Source: Nitrospinales bacterium (GTDB taxonomy: Bacteria; Nitrospinota; Nitrospinia; Nitrospinales; VA-1). Taken from it: a DNA stretch of 64,000 nucleotides. Each line of letters opens with the position of its first letter. The stretch's first letter is position 1. Below, one piece after another: positions 58,801-64,000 of the stretch. The position numbers and the translations under genes are program-made. The notes below the pieces were generated by a model. The model saw nothing but the letters and a program-made list of their open reading frames with translations, did not search any database and was not told where the DNA came from. Where the stretch lies: the NCBI GenBank assembly GCA_965223795.1, contig CBDCXL010000002.1, forward strand, positions 3,040,001 through 3,104,000, written 5' to 3'.

Positions 58801-59607
58801 GAATGGCTCCTCGAGTTAACAACAATGTCTTTCCCGCAACTAAGGAGAAACGGGAATCTTCCGCATGGATCGACGGGGGGAGCGGAAGTCAGGATTATTG
58901 ATGACGCATTGTCTTTTCTTCATGGACGATATGGATTGCAGTCCAGAAGTGTTTTCGCGTGTTTCTCGTATTTGTGAAGATGACCTTATAGGCTAGCCGG
59001 TCATTATGCAATACCTAATTCAAGGGATATTGTCACTCTTTTAAATGATAAATGGATTGGTTCTGCTGAATTAAAATTGTGAGTCTTGTGTTGCATGGCG
59101 GGATTCATTCTTCTTATTTGGAATGCCAATATGGACCAAAATATAAAGCTGAATTCAGGAATGATCATTCCGGGCAGAAAAGAGAAAAAAGTTCTTTATA
59201 TAAAGATTGAAGGAACAGATTCGACAGAATAGAAATCGTCTCAAAAAAGCCCGGTTGATTTTCAGTGAAATTTGCATCGCTTCGAAGTGACGAAAACAAT
59301 CAATTTATGTCTCATCATACTCCCTGTGTTTTTTAAAAAATGTTACGCTTTTTGGTGTGTATCTAATCAAATTTAGGGAAGGCTTGAATCAAACACCGCA
59401 TTTTTATTTCCCTCCTTTTAAAATTTCCTCGAAATTCCATCTATAAGTTTCAAAGCGTGTCTGAATGGAGACAAAAAGGTATGCCGGAATCGGGGTAACC
59501 CTTCCAACTCCTTTGCAAATCACTACTTTTAGGTATTGTAAAAGGCATGTCCCGCGCGTAATGTTCCATCATTCCTAAAAGTATCTGTGATGCGGATTGG
59601 CTAATTT

Positions 59608-59623
59608 TGTGATCCATATCACA
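59608..59623. promoter_or_regulatory. CRP/FNR-family binding site
   Basis: TGTGA-TCCATA-TCACA with AT-rich flanks, ~160 bp upstream of first curlin ATG. Confidence 0.65.
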
Positions 59624-59785
59624 TAAAAATTCAAGAAAGAAAATGTAAGTCTGAAAGCACTCTGGCCGGAAAGTTTTCAGATAGATTCACATCCATACAT
59701 TTAAGCATATGCATTCAAAAATACAGGAGACATCCGCTTTCTCGAGTTATTGGAGCGGAAACAATTAAAGAAGGGGGAGGTTTTT

Positions 59786-61726
59786 ATGGCTGGCAATTCT
59801 TCGGATTCAAAATCTCATCTTTTTCATCTCACCCTGATTCCCGTTTTTACGTTTCTTGCCTTTGCTTTTCTCATTGCCAATCCCCTGCAAAACGCCATGG
59901 CAGAGTTGGTCGAAATCCAGCAGGACGGAAGTGAAAACGCGGTCATAGTAGATACAAACCCCACATCTTCTCTTGAGGCACTTGTTTCCATCGAGCAAGT
60001 CGGTGACAGCAACTCGTTTCAACTGACACGCGAAGGCGATGGCCACATATTGGATTTGAGCCAGGTCGGGCCTGATAATTTCGGCAACTTCACACAGACC
60101 GGTTTCGCCAACATCATCCGTCTGGCGCAGGTCAGTCTTGGCGAAAACGCAGGCAATTCCGCAACGATCGAGCAGAGGGATGGCACCGGCAACGAGGCGA
60201 CGGTTGAACAAGACGGGCTTTCCAATCTTCTGGTGCTGGCCCAGGTCGGCAACGGCAATATCGGATTCGTCACTCAAAACGGTTTTGCCAATCAGACCAC
60301 CGCTTCCCAGACGGGAGACATCAATACTCTGAATATTTCACAGACCGGTCAGGAGCAAGTGGCTTCGGTGGTGCAGGATGGTTCCAGCAACAGAGCGACC
60401 GTCACACAGAACGGCGGCCCTACGAACCTGGCATCGGTTCTGCAGGTTGGACAAGGGCATGAAGCTACGGTCAATCAGGATGGCAGCAACCTGACCGCAA
60501 ATGTCACGCAAAGCGAAGGTGATTTCAATGTCGCGAATGTCACTCAGATTGGGCAGGAACATCTGGCGACGCTGCTGCAGCAGGGCACGAACAACCAGGG
60601 GACGATCACGCAACAGGGCGGTCTGACGAATGTCGCCTCGCTGGAACAGATCGGCCAGAGTCATACCGGAATTATATTCCAGGACGGCAGCAACCTGACG
60701 GCAAGCGTCACGCAGACCGGCGGCAGCTTCAATGTCGCATCCGTCGAGCAAGTGGGTGAAGACCTGCTGGCAACGATTCTGCAGGACGGCAGCGATAACA
60801 CCGGAACAGTGATCCAGAGCGGCACGTTCAACGTCGTGGCTCTCCTGGAGCAGATCGGGGACGGCAACAACGCGACCATCACCCAGAACGGTGACAACCT
60901 GGATGCGAGTGTGATTCAGAATGGCAACACAAACACCGCTGATGTGACCCAGGACGGCAGCAGCCTCACCGCAAGCGTCACGCAGACCGGAGACAGCAAT
61001 GCGGCTACGGTCAATCAGGATGGCAGCAACATCGTCGCCAGTGTGACGCAGAGCGGCAACAGCAACACGGCTACCGTGAGCCAGACGGGTGACGGACTGG
61101 ATGCCAGCATCACGCAGACGGGAGACGGCAATACCGCCGGTGTGACCCAGGATGGCAGCAGCCTCACCGCAAGCGTCACGCAGACCGGAGACGGCAATAC
61201 CGCCACCGTGGACCAGAATGGCAGCAACCTGATCGCGAGCATCGATCAGGATGGCATCGATCATGAAGCCTCCATTCTGCAAACCGGCAATGATCTGGAT
61301 GCGAGCATCGATCAGAGTGGTTCGGGGCAGACGGCTCTCATCACTCAGGATGGCAGCAATCTCAGTGCGAGCATTCTTCAGTCCGGCAGCGGAAATATCG
61401 GAGAGATCGCTCAAAACGGCAGCGACCTTGCCGCGGGAATCATTCAGCAGGGCGGATCCGGAAACGTGGGATTCATCCAGCAGGGTGGCAGCGGAAACAT
61501 TGCCAACATTTTCCAGGACGGCAGCCTGAACCAGGCGTCGATCGTCCAGTTCGACAACAACAACAACGCCACCATCAATCAGCTGGGCAACAACAACCTT
61601 GCCGGCGTCATTCAGAGCGGCGGCAACAACTCCGCAATCATCAACCAGACCGGAGGCGGACCTCCGGTCATCGTGAATCAAGCCGGCAACGGATTGTTCC
61701 CCTTGCCGATCGTTCCGGGACCCTGA
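59786..61726 (+). CDS. Large curlin-repeat protein (CsgA/CsgB family), ~26 repeats
   Basis: GGAGG RBS, Sec signal ending NAMA, ~52 N/x-x-A-x-V/I-x-Q-x-G strands (hand count); linked to csgE/csgF. Confidence 0.9.
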   Translation: MAGNSSDSKSHLFHLTLIPVFTFLAFAFLIANPLQNAMAELVEIQQDGSENAVIVDTNPTSSLEALVSIEQVGDSNSFQLTREGDGHILDLSQVGPDNFGNFTQTGFANIIRLAQVSLGENAGNSATIEQRDGTGNEATVEQDGLSNLLVLAQVGNGNIGFVTQNGFANQTTASQTGDINTLNISQTGQEQVASVVQDGSSNRATVTQNGGPTNLASVLQVGQGHEATVNQDGSNLTANVTQSEGDFNVANVTQIGQEHLATLLQQGTNNQGTITQQGGLTNVASLEQIGQSHTGIIFQDGSNLTASVTQTGGSFNVASVEQVGEDLLATILQDGSDNTGTVIQSGTFNVVALLEQIGDGNNATITQNGDNLDASVIQNGNTNTADVTQDGSSLTASVTQTGDSNAATVNQDGSNIVASVTQSGNSNTATVSQTGDGLDASITQTGDGNTAGVTQDGSSLTASVTQTGDGNTATVDQNGSNLIASIDQDGIDHEASILQTGNDLDASIDQSGSGQTALITQDGSNLSASILQSGSGNIGEIAQNGSDLAAGIIQQGGSGNVGFIQQGGSGNIANIFQDGSLNQASIVQFDNNNNATINQLGNNNLAGVIQSGGNNSAIINQTGGGPPVIVNQAGNGLFPLPIVPGP

Positions 61727-61888
61727 AACATTAAGGGTTCCTTAAAATAAGAAGTGCAATGAATGTTTTATCGTTCGATCAAGAAAGGAGGGTAAAAAAA
61801 CCGTTTGTTTGGAAGTGACGCAGTAACAATTAGCTTTAACGCAGTGGTTGAAAATTCTCTTTATTCACAAAGCTAAGGGAGAAAAACA

Positions 61889-63163
61889 ATGAAACGGTTT
61901 CATATGAGTATTATCGCTGTTTTCGCGGCGGTATTGCTGACCGGAAGCCTGGCGATGGCCCACAATGTGGCCAACGTCAATCAGGATGATTCCAATGACA
62001 ATCAGGCTGAAGTTGAGCAATTGGGCAACAGCAGCATCGCCAATATTGACCAAAGCTACAGCGAAGGCAATACGGCTTCGGTTTATCAGAAAAATCGGAC
62101 TGGTTCTCATCAGAACGCCAATATCTATCAAAGCGGCAAAGCTTCCAGCTGGAACAGCGGTCAGATCGACCAGGTCTTTTCCCAGGGAAGCAACGCGACG
62201 ATCGATCAGAATTGGACGGAAAGAAGCGTCGCTTACATCGGTCAGGAAAATGTCTGGTGGACGGATGCCGAAATCGAGCAGCATGGCGGCGATCACATGG
62301 CCAGCATTCACCAGAGTTCTTTGAATAACAATTTTGGCGATCATTCCCACGCCCGGATCGAGCAGCACGGCTGGTTCCAGAGCGGTAAAATCACCCAGAA
62401 GGGCAGCAGGTACACAAAAGCCCATATCCTTCAGACGGGTGATTACCACAAAGCCGAAATCGTCCAGTTCGACGCCGATGACAGCAAAGCTAGCATCAAG
62501 CAGAGCGGCGTTGTGGGTTACGGCAATGGCAACAAAGCCAAAATCACCCAGACCTATGTCGATTATTCCGAGGCTTCCATTGAACAGTGGGGCGAAAGGA
62601 ACCGCGCATGGATCAACCAGTTTGATGGCGATGGCTTGAAAGCTGAAGTGATCCAGAAGGGCAAGGACAATAAGGCAACTGTCGTGCACCAAACCGGTGA
62701 TGGTCATGATGCCAAAGTGCATCAGGGAGCTTTCGGCAACGGTCCTTGTCGGTTTTGTAACGCCGTTGTGTATCAGCATGGTACCGGTGGACATAACGCT
62801 CACATTGACCAGAACGGTTACCAGTTGACGGCATATGTTGCTCAGACAGGCCAATTTGAAAACAACGCTAATGTCAGCCAGATTGGCGGTTCTCGGAATC
62901 TCGCCATCGTGATTCAGGGCGAGCCTCCGGAACTCATTAGAGGTGGTTGTGAGGGTTGTAATGAGGATGGTCCGTGGAAAGGCGATCATGCCTGGAAGAA
63001 CGGAATGCCGATGGATCCGGATATGCCCTGGATTCCTTTCAACCGGGAAATCAGAGATCCGAAGTTCGTCAACTGGACTGGGGACAGCCCGCATGGTGCT
63101 AATCCTTATCGCTCCAGTAGGAGTGTATTCCCGGGTGGCGGCGTCTTCCTGGGACCCAACTAA
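61889..63163 (+). CDS. Curlin-repeat protein (CsgA/CsgB family), ~13 repeats plus C-terminal non-repeat tail
   Basis: GGGAG RBS, Sec signal ending LAMA, ~26 A-x-I-x-Q-x-G strands, CRFC and CEGC motifs. Confidence 0.85.
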   Translation: MKRFHMSIIAVFAAVLLTGSLAMAHNVANVNQDDSNDNQAEVEQLGNSSIANIDQSYSEGNTASVYQKNRTGSHQNANIYQSGKASSWNSGQIDQVFSQGSNATIDQNWTERSVAYIGQENVWWTDAEIEQHGGDHMASIHQSSLNNNFGDHSHARIEQHGWFQSGKITQKGSRYTKAHILQTGDYHKAEIVQFDADDSKASIKQSGVVGYGNGNKAKITQTYVDYSEASIEQWGERNRAWINQFDGDGLKAEVIQKGKDNKATVVHQTGDGHDAKVHQGAFGNGPCRFCNAVVYQHGTGGHNAHIDQNGYQLTAYVAQTGQFENNANVSQIGGSRNLAIVIQGEPPELIRGGCEGCNEDGPWKGDHAWKNGMPMDPDMPWIPFNREIRDPKFVNWTGDSPHGANPYRSSRSVFPGGGVFLGPN

Positions 63164-63236
63164 TGCTAGTTGGTTAAAGCCATTGTTTGAAGTCGTGGGT
63201 GAAGTTGCTTGATTGACTTCTCCTTAGGTTCGAATG

Positions 63237-63275
63237 GGAAGGGGGAGGTTTTCCTCCCCCTTCCACGGCTTTTTT
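63237..63275 (+). terminator. Hairpin/terminator between curlin genes and csgE
   Basis: GGAAGGGGGAGG-TTTT-CCTCCCCCTTCC 12-bp stem, T tract 5 nt downstream. Confidence 0.65.
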
Positions 63276-63290
63276 ATTAGGGAAGTGGAT

Positions 63291-63794
63291 ATGGCTGAGA
63301 AGCAAAAATACAGTTCCGGAGTGAATGCGATTGAAGCCCGTGGTGAAGGGTTCCCTGTGTCCGTGAGATCTCATCACCAAGTGCTTCAAACGATCCTGTG
63401 TTTTGCACTTTGCCTGGTATTTGTTTTTGCAATGCTGGTTTCTCCGGCGGCGGCTCAGAGGGATCTTGGAGAAGATTCCGACGAATGGCTGGGAATAACC
63501 GGACTCATCGTCGATGAGACGATGACGAAAGCCGGACGGGATTTTTACGAATATTTCAGTACTTATTGGCAGCCCATTCGCGGCATGGATTACACGATCT
63601 ACATCGAGGAGCGGGCGGATGTGATTCGCGGCAGCCAGTTCTGGGTGAAAGTGGATGACGATGTGGTGCATCAGTTCCGCCTCAGTCCACGGCAAGGGCA
63701 GATCGAAGAACTCGCTGGATATACCGTATCGAGAGTTTATGGCTATCTCATGCAGCGTCTCACGGTTAAAAAACAACTCGAAGAGCTTTATTAA
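63291..63794 (+). CDS. csgE: Curli assembly/transport component CsgE
   Basis: Signal-like segment then GLIVDETMTKAGRDFYEYFS..W, IYIEER..RGSQFWV, resembling CsgE GLLTDHTVSSIGHDFY; start uncertain. Confidence 0.88.
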   Translation: MAEKQKYSSGVNAIEARGEGFPVSVRSHHQVLQTILCFALCLVFVFAMLVSPAAAQRDLGEDSDEWLGITGLIVDETMTKAGRDFYEYFSTYWQPIRGMDYTIYIEERADVIRGSQFWVKVDDDVVHQFRLSPRQGQIEELAGYTVSRVYGYLMQRLTVKKQLEELY

Positions 63795-63812
63795 TTTAAT
63801 TTGAGGAACATC

Positions 63813-64000
63813 ATGAAATCATTCATTGGGTTTTTGGGGCTGGCTCTGGTGATGAGCTTTTTTGCGATCGCAAAGCCCGTTATCGGAGCGGAGCTGACAC
63901 ATAGTTTTGTCAATCCGAATTTCGGAGGCAGTCCTTTCAACGGGGCGCATCAACTGGCCAACGCCACCTCGCAGAACAAGTTCAAAGAACCGCAGGATGC
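63813..64000 (+). CDS. csgF: Curli assembly component CsgF (partial, runs off window)
   Basis: Manual translation MKSFIGFLGLALVMSFFAIAKPVIGAELTHSFVNPNFGGSPFNGAHQLANATSQNKF matches the CsgF F-x-NPNFGG-x-P-x-NG..A..QN motif; GAGGA RBS. Confidence 0.9.
   Translation, partial: MKSFIGFLGLALVMSFFAIAKPVIGAELTHSFVNPNFGGSPFNGAHQLANATSQNKFKEPQD

Noticed and set aside
59640..59700. Sigma54 promoter for the curlin genes (TGGCCGGAAAGTTTTC)
   Set aside because: Lacks the conserved GC at -12
59786..63163. Assigning csgA versus csgB to the two curlins, or calling them RTX/autotransporter/ice-nucleation repeats
   Set aside because: Major versus nucleator roles cannot be told from sequence; the repeats fit the curlin pattern and lack GGxGxD nonapeptides or a beta-barrel

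Overview
GC-rich bacterial chromosome segment. The gene content resembles Nitrospinota/Desulfobacterota, but that is inference, not demonstrated. Most of it is housekeeping: partial polyprenyl synthase, GT2, HEAT protein, an oxyR/dps/di-heme peroxidase module, manC, a ZIP transporter, a heterodimeric ABC exporter, ArsR-SRPBCC and rlpA. It also holds a sulfur-carrier cluster (cysK, thrC-like, MoaD/CysO-like, MoeB, CysM-like, 2Fe-2S ferredoxin) and an 11-gene type II secretion operon (gspCEFGHIJKLMD), followed by a radical SAM/SPASM enzyme, tsaB, rnd, mutL, panBCD, a deoxynucleoside kinase, a GAF-kinase/receiver pair, glgA, galT-like and coaBC. The last ~6 kb is compositionally distinct and encodes an unusual curli (functional amyloid) locus. 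A PAS-LuxR regulator sits divergently across ~1 kb of AT-rich DNA carrying a CRP-type box. Then come a very long acidic curlin (~26 repeats), a His/aromatic-rich curlin with two CxxC motifs and a non-repeat tail, csgE, and a csgF cut by the window edge. Non-coding items of note are a triplicated translation-initiation region before thrC, a mosaic of REP-like motifs, a terminated leader upstream of the ZIP gene and a probable pan RNA motif. No rRNA, tRNA, CRISPR array, integrase or transposase was recognised. All calls are by eye from motifs; no searches were run.
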